A stretch of DNA of 64,000 nt from an uncultured delta proteobacterium (GCA_963727445.1 CAVSGI010000010.1:1088001-1152000), one strand, 5' to 3'. Shown: positions 54,420-64,000, counted from the first letter of the stretch. Program-made: numbers and translations. The notes: generated from the letters alone by a model not told the origin.

Positions 54420-55484
54420 CTACTCCATGCACCGTCCCCACGAGCCGGCCGACCAGTCGCAGGTCGAGCCCGAGGGGCAGTCCGTGTAGGGCCAGCAGGG
54501 ATCGTTGCCGCCGCAGCCATAGCCCGGGTCGGTGCAGTAGACACCGGCGAAGGTGCCGCCGCTCGTGCTGGGTGTGCTTCCGGAATCGCTGCCGGAGTCG
54601 CCGCTCGGGATCGGCGCCATCGAGCTCGAGCTGCAGTCGGGGTCGGTCCACTGGCAGCCGCAGTCGCAGCCGTCGCCGGTGCCGCGATAGGAGTCGGGAC
54701 ACGCATTTTCGACAGACGTTCCACACCAGCAGTACCCGCACGCTCCGTCGCACGTGCATGCCCCTGCCCCCGTGCCCGTGCCCGTGCCCGTGCCCGTGCC
54801 CGAATCGGAGCCCGAATCAGACCCAGGCGCCGGATCGGAGCTCGGCGCCGGATCGGAGCTCGGCGCCGGATCGGAGCTCGGCGCCGGGTCACTGCTCGGC
54901 GCCGGGTCACTGCTCGGCGCCGGATCGGCCCCGCCGTCGCTCGAGGAATCGGCGGGCGCGTCGGCACCGCACGGTGACACCGTCACCCACGCGCCGCCCG
55001 AGCCGCTACAAGACGAGCCGCTGTCGGTGTGCGCGAGGCCCAGCGCGTCGAAGAGCGCGATGTTGCCTTCGATGCCCGCGTCGGTGATGGAGTTGTCCCA
55101 AACGGTCGCGTTCGTACAGTTGCTCGTCCCCCGCTCGCAGACGCGTACGCACTCGCCGCACGAGTAGGCGGAGTCGCGGTTCGGCCGTGCGATCCACGGC
55201 GTGGAATCACTGCACCCCGTCCCGCATGCGCCGGTCACGGCCGAAGCCGAGAGGCTGCAGTCGTGCTTCGCGCAGCAGGCCAGGAAATGGCAGCTCCCCT
55301 CGAAGTACATGTACCGGTCCTCGCGCGAGGTGAGCGACAGAGGCGTCGTCCAGTCGTGCTCGGCCGCGTGCTCCTCGTCCTTCTCCGAGAGGTTGCCCGG
55401 CAGCGCGGCGCAGCCCGCGAGCCCGAGGATCGCGAGCGAGACCAGCAGGTGAAGGAGCGCCGCGCGTTGATCTTCGTGTCCCAT
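54420..55484 (-). CDS. Cys-rich lipoprotein with possible DPBB (barwin/expansin-like) domain and PSSDPA repeats
   Basis: Lipobox LAGC; SCGECVRV...ATVWD...ALFDALG; 18-bp and 6-bp tandem repeats at about 54770-54927. Confidence 0.65.
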   Translation of the reverse strand: MGHEDQRAALLHLLVSLAILGLAGCAALPGNLSEKDEEHAAEHDWTTPLSLTSREDRYMYFEGSCHFLACCAKHDCSLSASAVTGACGTGCSDSTPWIARPNRDSAYSCGECVRVCERGTSNCTNATVWDNSITDAGIEGNIALFDALGLAHTDSGSSCSGSGGAWVTVSPCGADAPADSSSDGGADPAPSSDPAPSSDPAPSSDPAPSSDPAPSSDPAPGSDSGSDSGTGTGTGTGTGAGACTCDGACGYCWCGTSVENACPDSYRGTGDGCDCGCQWTDPDCSSSSMAPIPSGDSGSDSGSTPSTSGGTFAGVYCTDPGYGCGGNDPCWPYTDCPSGSTCDWSAGSWGRCME

Positions 55485-55505
55485 CTGTCCTCGCCGAGGG
55501 AGCTG

Positions 55506-55521
55506 TGCAAGGGAGAGACCA
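55506..55521 (-). promoter_or_regulatory. Putative sigma-54 promoter
   Basis: The minus strand reads TGGTCTCTCCCTTGCA (GG-N10-GC with TTGCA), about 20 bp upstream of the ATG at 55484. Confidence 0.45.
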
Positions 55522-55712
55522 GCCGAATTTCGGCCGATTAATCCCTGACTCTCGGCGCGAGGTGGAACCTGCTCCGCTCAATCTGGGGACCCAGAACCCC
55601 GCCCCGAGACCCCATCACCACGGGATCGCCGGCGTCGGTCGCGCCCTGTGCAGGTCGCTGCCCGTGAAATCCTTGCGGCATCGCGTGCGATCGGCGCACG
55701 CTGCCCCCGCGC

Positions 55713-57743
55713 ATGGCGGAGCAGGTCGGTTTCAAGCGGAACATCGGGCTCTTCCTCGCGACGATGATCGGCATCGGCGCGATGATGGGACCCGGGATCT
55801 TCGCGCTCCCGAGCGAGCTCGCGCACATGGTCGGCCCCCTCGGGACGCTGACCTATCTCGTGATGGGGGGCGTCACCATCTTCACGGCGCTGAACTACAG
55901 CGAGCTCGGCGCGGCGATCCCCCTCGCCGGGGGTGGCTACTCCTTCGTGAGCCGCACCCTCTCCCGCCCGGTGGCCTTCTTCACGGGCTGGTTCTTCTGG
56001 ATAGGGAACACCCTCGCGTGCGCGATGTACGCCGTGATCTTCGCGCTGACGATCCGCGCCTACTTCTGGCCCGGGGCGAGCGTACCCCTGATCGTCCTCG
56101 GCACGACCGTGGTCTTCGGTCTCATCAACCTCCGCAGCATGTCGGAGGCGATCAAGCTGATCACGATCATGAACCTGATCGAGCTCGCCGTCCTTCTCGG
56201 CATCGGCGTCCTCGGGCTCTTTCACGTTCAAGCGCCGAACCTCGAGGTCCTCACGCCGTATGGATGGGGTGAGTTCGTCCCTTCCATGGCGCTCATCTAC
56301 ATCTCCTTCGTCGGCTTCGAGCTGATCACCGTGGCCGCCGAGGAGATCATCGATCCCGGCAAGAACATCCCACGCTCGATTCTGCTGACGCTCGGGATCG
56401 GCGTGGCCATCTACATCTTCGTCGTCGGCGTGATGTTCGCCACCGTGAGCTACGAAGAGCTCGGCGACTCGGACGTGCCCTTCATCCTGGTCGCCGAGCG
56501 GGTGTTCGGAGACTGGGGCCGCTGGGCGGGGATCGTCGCCACGATCATGGCCAGCCTCTCCGCGTTCAGCGTCACCCTGGGCGCGAGCGCGCGAGTCCTC
56601 TACGCGTTGGGGCGCGACCGGCACTTCCCCCCGCTCCTCGCGCGCCTCCACACCCGCTACCAGACCCCGCACGTCGCGCTCGCCATCTGCATGGTGATGG
56701 TCGTCGTCTTCGGCTCGACCGGCGTCGTGAAGTTCGTCGCGTCGGTCTCCGACTTCGGCTACCTGATGGGCCTCGGCATCGTGAACTGGGCGGTGGTCTC
56801 ACTGCGCAAGAAGATGCCGGCGCTGCGCCGGCCTTTCGACGTGGGTTGGTTCCCCTTCGTGCCGATCGCCGGCGTCATTTCCTGCTGGATCTTCGTCCCC
56901 TTTCTCGAGTGGATGAGCTTTCTGCTGGGCGGCGCGCTCACCGTGGTCGGGGGCGCGGTCTATCTGACGCGCCCCTCGAACAGAGCCGTGCTGCGCCAGG
57001 TGGGCGAGCCGATCTCCCGACTCAAAGACTGGTACAAATCTCTGAGGAGTCCGCGCATGCGAGTACTGATCATCGATGGTGGCAAGCTGGGGCAGAACAT
57101 CGCGACCCGGCTCTTGGCGAAAGACGAGCACCGGATGGTGTTCCGTTCGCACGAGCATCAGATCACGTTCGTCGAGCAGGACGAAGCGACCTGTCAGCTC
57201 CTCGAGAAACGCTACGCGTGTCCCATCTACCAGGGGGACGGAACCAAGACCGAGGTTCTGCAGCAGGTCGGGGTCGACAACGTCGACGTCGCCATCGCGG
57301 CGTCCCAGGACGACGGCAAGAACGTCATCGCCGCGCTTCAGGCGAAGTCGCTCGGGATGAAGCAGGTGATCGCCGTCGTGCAGGATCCCGACTACATGCA
57401 CCTGCTCGAGGACGCCGGGGTCATGGGCGTGAGCGCACCGTGGGCGACCGCGGGCCACATCGAGAACTACCTCGACCGCCCGGGTGTGGCGAACCTCTTC
57501 GAGATCGGCAAGGGCATCGCGAGCCTGGTGGGCGTCAAGGTCCCCGACGAGGCGCAGGTCATCGGCAAGGCGATCAAGGACATCGAGATCCCCGCCGCGT
57601 GCGTGGTCGCGGCGATCATCCGAGGCAACGAATTCGTCGTGCCCCGCGGCAACACCGAGATCGAAGCTGGAGACGAGGTCGTCTTCATCGGGCCCAACGA
57701 GGCGATCATCGAAGCGCAGGACCACTTCTCGATCGTCACCTGA
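55713..57743 (+). CDS. APC-family permease fused to TrkA-N and TrkA-C (RCK) domains
   Basis: GAMMGPGIF, ELGAAIPLAGGGY, SFVGFE and RYQTPH; C-terminal GGKLG...GDGT...N...AKSLG and IIRG...VPRGNTEIEAGDEV. Confidence 0.88.
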   Translation: MAEQVGFKRNIGLFLATMIGIGAMMGPGIFALPSELAHMVGPLGTLTYLVMGGVTIFTALNYSELGAAIPLAGGGYSFVSRTLSRPVAFFTGWFFWIGNTLACAMYAVIFALTIRAYFWPGASVPLIVLGTTVVFGLINLRSMSEAIKLITIMNLIELAVLLGIGVLGLFHVQAPNLEVLTPYGWGEFVPSMALIYISFVGFELITVAAEEIIDPGKNIPRSILLTLGIGVAIYIFVVGVMFATVSYEELGDSDVPFILVAERVFGDWGRWAGIVATIMASLSAFSVTLGASARVLYALGRDRHFPPLLARLHTRYQTPHVALAICMVMVVVFGSTGVVKFVASVSDFGYLMGLGIVNWAVVSLRKKMPALRRPFDVGWFPFVPIAGVISCWIFVPFLEWMSFLLGGALTVVGGAVYLTRPSNRAVLRQVGEPISRLKDWYKSLRSPRMRVLIIDGGKLGQNIATRLLAKDEHRMVFRSHEHQITFVEQDEATCQLLEKRYACPIYQGDGTKTEVLQQVGVDNVDVAIAASQDDGKNVIAALQAKSLGMKQVIAVVQDPDYMHLLEDAGVMGVSAPWATAGHIENYLDRPGVANLFEIGKGIASLVGVKVPDEAQVIGKAIKDIEIPAACVVAAIIRGNEFVVPRGNTEIEAGDEVVFIGPNEAIIEAQDHFSIVT

Positions 57744-57749
57744 GACCGC

Positions 57750-57800
57750 GGTCCGTGGCCCCCGCTCTGAAAAGGTTGCGGGGGGTGTGACCCACGGACC
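57750..57800. other. Extended imperfect hairpin after the permease stop (possible terminator or stabiliser)
   Basis: GGTCCGTGG/CCACGGACC outer arms and CCCCCGC/GCGGGGG inner arms. Confidence 0.5.
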
Positions 57801-57898
57801 CTGGCCGATCGTGAACGCGCGGCCCCAGTCATCACTGACCTTTCACGAGATCATTACGGGAACGTGAATGGTGCGATTCGTGCTTCGTCTACTGGCTC

Positions 57899-58330
57899 AT
57901 GGAGTCGCTTGACCTGGATCTCAACCCATTCGACGGGGACGAGGTCACACCTTTCGGTACGCCTGACTACCGATACTTCACGCCAACCAAGGGGGAGTCG
58001 GCGCCCTCGATGCTTCGCCGGCTGCACGAGCTCACCCCCGAGCTACCGATCCTGGTGATCGAGCGCGCCTCGAATGGCGACGTGGTGCTTCGCGCGGGGG
58101 TGCTGCGCACACCGCTCGAGAAGCGCGGCACGACGCCCGATGATCTGATCGTCGCGCTCAACCAATTGCTTTCGAAGTCCCAGATCGCGAACCGCTACGT
58201 CGAGCTCGCATGGCACGGGACGGAGCGCGCCTTTGCCTTCACTTCCATGGACGAGTCTCTCGACCTGCTGAACGAGGGCGAGCTCGCGGTCTCCGATCTC
58301 AGCGAGTTGATGGACGTCACCGCGTGGTGA
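57899..58330 (+). CDS. Hypothetical protein
   Basis: 143-aa ORF filling the gap; no motif recognised. Confidence 0.55.
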   Translation: MESLDLDLNPFDGDEVTPFGTPDYRYFTPTKGESAPSMLRRLHELTPELPILVIERASNGDVVLRAGVLRTPLEKRGTTPDDLIVALNQLLSKSQIANRYVELAWHGTERAFAFTSMDESLDLLNEGELAVSDLSELMDVTAW

Positions 58331-58425
58331 TGGCGCACGATCACGCGACGGCAGTCGCCTGATCTCCGCGTAATCCAATCGTTTCTCGACACTTTCAGGC
58401 CCCCCGGGGTATCAATTCAGCCGGG

Positions 58426-60417
58426 ATGGCAGGTACCGAGCACGATCCTCCGGGCCCCGAGCCGACCCTCATCGTCGCGGAACCGAAGACCATCGCCGGC
58501 AAGTACAAGCTCGGGCGCATGCTCGGCGAAGGCGGGATGGGCTCCGTCTACGAAGCGGAGCACCTCGGCCTCGCCAAGCGGGTAGCCATCAAGCTCCTCG
58601 CCGAGAACTACGCGGAGGACGAGGTCTTCGTGAAGCGCTTTCGCCGTGAAGCGAAGGCGATGGCCGCGGTGGCACACGAGAACATCGTCCAGGTCACCGA
58701 CAACGGCGAGGACGACGAGGGGATCCCCTTCATCGTCATGGAGCTCCTCGATGGGGAGTCTCTGGCTTCGGTCATTCGCCGCGAGCGCGTCATCCCGGCG
58801 GCGCAGGCGGCCGACATCGCGGGCCAGGTGCTGGCGGGGCTCGCCGCGCTGCACAAGAAGGGGATCGTTCATCGCGATCTGAAGCCCGCCAACGTCTTCA
58901 TCGCGCGCACCGAGGATGGTCAGACGCGCGCGAAGATCCTGGACTTCGGGATCTCGAAGTTCGCCGCGGACCTCACGAACATGAACGTCACCGCCGAGGG
59001 CGCGGTGATCGGCACCCCGGCGTACATGTCCCCCGAGCAAGTCAAGGGCCGGGCCGACGTCGACGAGCAGACCGACATCTACGCGGTCGGGGTGATGCTC
59101 TACCGAATGGTGACCGGGCGCCTCCCCTTCGCCGGCAAGAAGCCGCGCCAGATCTACGACAAGATCCTGCGCGGCGCGGCGACGCATCCGCAGGAACACC
59201 GCGGTGAGATCAGCGACGAGCTCTGCGAGGTCATCCTCAAGGCGATGAGCCGGCGCAAGAAGGATCGCTACCGGTCGGCGCAGGAGTTCTTCGAAGCGCT
59301 CAAGGAAGCGGTCCCGGACATGGAGGCGACCGGCCCCATGCCCATCATCACCCGCTCTTCGCAGCATTCACTCTCCGCCATCGAGACCGCGCCCACGCTC
59401 CGATCGGGTCGCGGCGCCTCCTCCACCGCCACCACGGGCAAGCTCGCGCCCCGCCCCAGCGGGCGCAGCGCCATCGTTCTGGGGCTGGTGGCGGTGGGGC
59501 TGCTCGGCGTGGGGATCGCGCTCATCTCGAGCGCCGAGCCGAGCGACGGCGGGCAGACGACGCAGGCCGGGGACGCCAACACCGAGAGCGCGGACGCCAG
59601 CGGCACCACGACCGCCCCGGTGTTCGAGGGGACGCCGATCCGCTACGGCGTCACCCATTACGGCGACGAAGACGCCATCCACGCCACCCACGACCCGCTC
59701 TGCGCCTATCTACAGACCCGCCTCGAGCGACCGGTCGAGCTGGAGATCGTCAACGACCACGAGCTCTCAGCGGCCCTCGGCGACGGCGGGCTCACCTTCG
59801 CCGCCCTCTCCCCCAAGCGCTACGTCGAGCAGAAGAACGAGCACCCGCAGCTGCGCGTGGTCGCCATGGCTGCCAACCCCGGCGGCACGTCGTACGCTGG
59901 GCAGCTCCTCGTGCGCTCCGACGAGGACGCTCGCGCGATCGAGGATCTGCGCGGCAAGAAGATCTGCTTTCCCAGCGCCGACTCCACGAGCGGTTACCTC
60001 TATCCGCTGGCGCTCCTGCGTGAAGCGGGCATCACCAACATCCACGACTTCTTCCACGGCGTCGTCTACTACGACGGCGATCACGCGACCACGCTGCGCG
60101 CGCTCCATGCGGGCGACTGCGACGTGGCCGCGGTGGCCCAGAACACGGTGCAGGAAGCGGGCTTCGCGCCGCAGCAGTTCCGGCCCATCGCCACCACCGC
60201 CCCCATCCCCTACGACGCCTACGTGATCGCCCCGGGCGTCGAGCCCGAGCTCGCCCATCAGATCACCGACGCCCTGCTCTCCCTGTCGCCCGGGAGCCGG
60301 GAGGCCACCACCATCTTCCCGGAGGGGAGCCAGCTCACCGGATTCGTCGAAGCCAGCGACGCCGACTACGACGAGGCCCGCGAGATCATTGGGGACGTGG
60401 ACGCCGCGGAGAACTGA
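58426..60417 (+). CDS. Hanks-type Ser/Thr kinase, TM helix, extracytoplasmic PhnD-like phosphate/phosphonate-binding domain
   Basis: GEGGMG, VAIK, HRDLKPAN, DFG and GTPAYMSPE; one TM; DSTSGYLYP, GDH and PIPYD motifs. Confidence 0.88.
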   Translation: MAGTEHDPPGPEPTLIVAEPKTIAGKYKLGRMLGEGGMGSVYEAEHLGLAKRVAIKLLAENYAEDEVFVKRFRREAKAMAAVAHENIVQVTDNGEDDEGIPFIVMELLDGESLASVIRRERVIPAAQAADIAGQVLAGLAALHKKGIVHRDLKPANVFIARTEDGQTRAKILDFGISKFAADLTNMNVTAEGAVIGTPAYMSPEQVKGRADVDEQTDIYAVGVMLYRMVTGRLPFAGKKPRQIYDKILRGAATHPQEHRGEISDELCEVILKAMSRRKKDRYRSAQEFFEALKEAVPDMEATGPMPIITRSSQHSLSAIETAPTLRSGRGASSTATTGKLAPRPSGRSAIVLGLVAVGLLGVGIALISSAEPSDGGQTTQAGDANTESADASGTTTAPVFEGTPIRYGVTHYGDEDAIHATHDPLCAYLQTRLERPVELEIVNDHELSAALGDGGLTFAALSPKRYVEQKNEHPQLRVVAMAANPGGTSYAGQLLVRSDEDARAIEDLRGKKICFPSADSTSGYLYPLALLREAGITNIHDFFHGVVYYDGDHATTLRALHAGDCDVAAVAQNTVQEAGFAPQQFRPIATTAPIPYDAYVIAPGVEPELAHQITDALLSLSPGSREATTIFPEGSQLTGFVEASDADYDEAREIIGDVDAAEN

Positions 60418-60489
60418 CGCCGCTCCGTTGCTTTCGCCTCGCCATCGGAGGCCACATAATTCCGCCGTAGCCATGCGTTGCAGGTGCAT

Positions 60490-61500
60490 GTGAAGGCCTG
60501 GGCTTTCAAAGCCGCGCTGGGTGCCGCCCTCTGCGGGGTGCTGGTGTTCGTCCCGGAGAACGCGCCGATCTCCGCCACGCCGGAGGTGCCGATCCAGCGG
60601 CTCGCCATCTCCGGCGGCCCCGAGCTCTCGGAGGCCGAGCTCTCCGGCCTCGCCTGGTTCGACGACCAGCTGGTGCTCCTGCCGCAGTACCCCAGCCGCT
60701 TCCCCACCGCCGACGGCGGCGGCGTCTTCGTGGTGCCGGAACGCGACGTGGAAAAGGCGATCGATGAGCAAGCCGAGGTGCACGCGCGCCTGATCCCCTT
60801 CGTCGCCGAGGGCGTCGAGGAGGCGATCGACGGCTTCGAAGGCTTCGAGGCCATCGCCTTCGAGGGCTCGGAGGTCTTCGTGACTGTCGAGCGCGACCTC
60901 CCGGGAGATACGCGCGGCTACATTCTGCGCGGCCGGGTTCGCCCCGGCCTCAGCGGCATCGACCTCGACGTCGAAGGCCGCGCCGTCCTCGAGCCTCAGT
61001 CGGACATCGGCAACCTCGCCTACGAAGCCCTCGCGATCCATCACGGCCGGGTCTACGTCTTCTACGAAGCCAACGGCGCCGCCAACCCTCACCCCGAGGT
61101 CCTCGTCTTCGACACGGAGCTGAACCGCCTCGACTCGGTTCCGCTCGGACACGTCGAGTACCGCATCACCGACGCCACCTCGGTCGATCGCAATGGGCGC
61201 TTCTGGGCGGCGAACTACTACTACGAAGGCGACTGCTGGAAGACCGAGAGCTGCCCCATGCGCGAACGCTACGGCGTCGGCCGAACCCATCAGGGTCGTC
61301 GCGGCGTCGAGCGCCTGGTCGAGCTACAGATCACCAGCGCCGGGGTCCAGTACACCGATGCGCCCCCCATCGAGCTCGAGCTGGCGCGCGGCCCCGGGCG
61401 CAACTGGGAGGGCATCGTGCGCCTCGAAGGTCGGGGCTTTCTGGTGGTGACCGACCAGCACCCCGAGTCGATGCTCGCCTTCGTGCCCAAGCCCGAGTGA
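60490..61500 (+). CDS. Secreted protein, probable beta-propeller (phytase-like/SdiA-regulated-like)
   Basis: Signal peptide; repeated ELSGL, FEAIA, YEALA and WEGI blade-like motifs; VVTD; start uncertain. Confidence 0.55.
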   Translation: MKAWAFKAALGAALCGVLVFVPENAPISATPEVPIQRLAISGGPELSEAELSGLAWFDDQLVLLPQYPSRFPTADGGGVFVVPERDVEKAIDEQAEVHARLIPFVAEGVEEAIDGFEGFEAIAFEGSEVFVTVERDLPGDTRGYILRGRVRPGLSGIDLDVEGRAVLEPQSDIGNLAYEALAIHHGRVYVFYEANGAANPHPEVLVFDTELNRLDSVPLGHVEYRITDATSVDRNGRFWAANYYYEGDCWKTESCPMRERYGVGRTHQGRRGVERLVELQITSAGVQYTDAPPIELELARGPGRNWEGIVRLEGRGFLVVTDQHPESMLAFVPKPE

Positions 61501-63957
61501 TCAGCGCTTCGCGAGGAGCCGCATCAGCGCCGGCAGCGCGACGACGGCGGCGGCGACGCAGGTGATCTCGCTGATCGCCATCGCGGCGCCGAAGGAGTTG
61601 AGCGCGCGATTGCTGCTCACGTAGAGCGAGATGTAGCCGACGATGGTCGTGAGGGAGCAGAGCACCACCGCGCCGCCGGTGGCCCGGATGGCGCGCCCGA
61701 TGGCGGCGCTCGCGTCCTGCCCTTCGCGGCGCTCGAGCACGTAGCGCTGCATGTAGTTGACGCTGTAGTCGACGCCGTTGCCGAAGGTGATGGGGAAGGC
61801 GACGAAGTTGAGGAAGTTCAGCTTGATCGACAAGAGCGCCATCGCGCCCGCCATCCAGAGGATGCCGGCCAGGAGGCTGCCGAGAGTGAGGAGCCGCTCG
61901 CGCATCTTGCGGAACGCCACCAGCACCAGGAGCACCGTGACCGCGAAGGCGGCGCCTACCGCCTTGGGCCCGTCGTTCATGATCGCGGAGAGCAGGTCCG
62001 CGAAGACCGGCGCGTGCCCGGAGAGCGGCGGGCGCGTCCCGTCGGGCAGGCGCAGCTCGCGCATCGCCGACGTCCACTTCACCAGATACTGGCCGTCCCA
62101 GGAGTTCTCGCCGAAGGCGTGCTCGACGAAGAGGATGCGGCCGAGCCGGCCGTCCACCTCGCGGAACATGCGCGTCGCCTGCTCGGGCAGATCGCTGATC
62201 GCGACGGGCGCCGGATGCTCGGGCGGCAGGTGCTCGTCGATCTTCGCTCGCGCTTCGGCGTCGGCGTGTTCGCGGAGCTCGAGCATGTCGCGACGGATCT
62301 CGGCGAGGATGGCGAGCTTGTCTTCTTGCTGTTCTGGTAAGAGATCCTCGATCCCGCGCGTGGGCCCGAGGACGCCCTCGCGCCGCTGCCGCACCTCGTC
62401 GATCGCGTCGATCATGTACGGCGTGAGCGCGCGGTCGGGAAAGATCACCGCGATGGAGCTCCCGGTCGCCGCCTGGTTCACGACCTGCCCCTGCACGCGG
62501 TTGACCCAGACGGTGCGACTGTCGGGATCGCGCTCGGACTGGAGCTCCCGGAAGTCGTACTCGAGAGGGTCGGCCTCCACGAAGCGATAGACGAGCACCG
62601 CCGAGGCGACGGTGACGAGGGCGGCACCGATCACGATCGCCCGCGGCGCGCGCAACGTCATCCACGCGAAGATCAGGCCATAGACGTTGTCCTTCTTCCG
62701 GCCGTCGACCTTCATCGGCCTCAGGCGCTCGAGGAGCACCGCGAGGGCGGGCAGGAGCGTGAGCGCCGACGCCCAGCAGAGGAGCATGCCGATGGCGCCG
62801 ATGATCCCGAAGTCGCGGAAGCCCCGAAACTCGGTGATCATGAGCGATCCGTAGGCGAGCCCCGCCGCCGCCGAGGCGGTGAGGGTCGCAGCCCAGGTGC
62901 TCCGATGGGAGATCGCGAGGGCCTCCTGGAGGTCGTGACCGTCGCGGCGCGCCTCGAAGAAGCGCGCCAGCCAGATGACGTTCGGATTGATGCCGTTGCC
63001 GATGACGATGCTTCCGAGGAAGGCGGTGGAGGTGTTCAGGAAACCGACCAGGATCTCGGCGCAGCCGAAGGTCACGAGCACCGGCGGCACGAGCGCGAGC
63101 CCGAGCAGCGGGATGGCCCGGAGCTCGCGAAAGAAGACGTAGACGGCGAGCAGGACCAGGACGATGGTGACGCCCACGGCCAGCGCCACCTCGGACACCA
63201 GCGCGCGCACCTCCTCCATGATGTCCATCAGGTCGCCGCCGTAGTCGACGCGGATCCCGTCGAGCATCCCCTCGCCGCGCAGGTCCGCCACGTGCTCCTT
63301 CACGTGATCGAGGAGCGCTTCGCCGCCCACCGCGCCGCCGGTGCCGAGGGTGGTGCGAATGAAGACGACGACCAGCGGATCGCGTGGGTGGAGGAAGAAG
63401 CCGTCGGGATCGCGCACCCGCCGCGCGCGCTCCTCCTCGGCGCGCTCCTCGAGCTCCTCGCTGAGCTCGCCGATGTCCGAGGGCGGCTCACCCTCGAGGT
63501 CGACGTAGAACGGATTGGCGCGCGCGCGCTCGTACTCGAGGCGCTCGTCGAGTGCGTCGCGGATCTCCACCAGGTCGTCGTAGGGCGCGTAGAGGTGGCG
63601 ATGCGCTTCGACGAAGTCGACCATCTCCCGCACGTTCCAGTCGACCGAGGAGATCGCCGGATCGTCGTCGGCCTCGAGCTTCAACGCCAACGCCTCCGCT
63701 GCGGCCTTGAGCGCGGGGATCTTCTCCGGATCCTCGGAGTGAAAGACCACGCTGAGGGTGGTCTTGCCTCCGAAGCGGCCTTCGATGGCGTTCTTGTCCA
63801 TCACCGCCGGCTGGTTGTCGGGCAAGAGGGCCGTGAGGTCGCCCCGCATCCCGAGGTTGGCGATGAAGGGGATGGCGAGGAGGCCGAAGAGGAACGCGCC
63901 GGCCGTGATCCGGCCCGGATGGCGAGTCTGCAGATCGGCGAGTCGCTCCCAGTCCAT
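61501..63957 (-). CDS. MMPL/RND-family transporter
   Basis: Two TM bundles, each after a large extracytoplasmic loop; GNGINP and GNGVDY; LCSLTTIVGY. Confidence 0.85.
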   Translation of the reverse strand: MDWERLADLQTRHPGRITAGAFLFGLLAIPFIANLGMRGDLTALLPDNQPAVMDKNAIEGRFGGKTTLSVVFHSEDPEKIPALKAAAEALALKLEADDDPAISSVDWNVREMVDFVEAHRHLYAPYDDLVEIRDALDERLEYERARANPFYVDLEGEPPSDIGELSEELEERAEEERARRVRDPDGFFLHPRDPLVVVFIRTTLGTGGAVGGEALLDHVKEHVADLRGEGMLDGIRVDYGGDLMDIMEEVRALVSEVALAVGVTIVLVLLAVYVFFRELRAIPLLGLALVPPVLVTFGCAEILVGFLNTSTAFLGSIVIGNGINPNVIWLARFFEARRDGHDLQEALAISHRSTWAATLTASAAAGLAYGSLMITEFRGFRDFGIIGAIGMLLCWASALTLLPALAVLLERLRPMKVDGRKKDNVYGLIFAWMTLRAPRAIVIGAALVTVASAVLVYRFVEADPLEYDFRELQSERDPDSRTVWVNRVQGQVVNQAATGSSIAVIFPDRALTPYMIDAIDEVRQRREGVLGPTRGIEDLLPEQQEDKLAILAEIRRDMLELREHADAEARAKIDEHLPPEHPAPVAISDLPEQATRMFREVDGRLGRILFVEHAFGENSWDGQYLVKWTSAMRELRLPDGTRPPLSGHAPVFADLLSAIMNDGPKAVGAAFAVTVLLVLVAFRKMRERLLTLGSLLAGILWMAGAMALLSIKLNFLNFVAFPITFGNGVDYSVNYMQRYVLERREGQDASAAIGRAIRATGGAVVLCSLTTIVGYISLYVSSNRALNSFGAAMAISEITCVAAAVVALPALMRLLAKR

Positions 63958-64000
63958 CGTCGCGGGGCGGGTCTACCGCGCCCGCGCCCCGACGTCGACC

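Noticed and set aside
55485..55712. c-di-AMP (ydaO) riboswitch upstream of the APC-TrkA gene
   Set aside because: I could not find the conserved ydaO sequence blocks by eye; an Infernal search would settle it

Overview
A very GC-rich, gene-dense bacterial chromosome segment of about 45 genes. The gene content points to a myxobacterium, probably Polyangia/Sandaracinaceae-like (inference): many Cys-rich lipoproteins, MYXO-CTERM-like tails, a DUF1588/DUF1552 pair, AgmX/PglI-like domains and a Hanks-type kinase. Main blocks: (1) a tightly packed yehL-yehM-yehP-yehQ-like operon (MoxR-type AAA+ ATPase, DUF5682, VWA, SWIM) followed by a large DUF4132 protein; (2) a YciI/ECF sigma pair, a cytochrome P450 and surface lipoproteins; (3) DUF1588-DUF1552 plus a small c-type cytochrome; (4) an Irr-like Fur-family regulator and katG, with three copies of a TTAGAC-N3-GTCTAA-like operator; (5) a LuxR / flavin monooxygenase / hydrolase module; (6) a lipoprotein caspase with PPC repeats; (7) 2-oxoacid:ferredoxin oxidoreductase alpha/beta, followed by four identical 28-bp repeats (two direct, two inverted); (8) an APC permease-TrkA fusion, a Ser/Thr kinase-PhnD fusion and an MMPL transporter. 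Three genes are frameshifted, each by the same +1 change (GATC read as GATTC/GAATC), which suggests a motif-specific sequencing artefact, possibly from DNA modification. No rRNA, tRNA, CRISPR-Cas, integrase or transposase was recognised. Family calls come from motif recognition by eye, not database searches.
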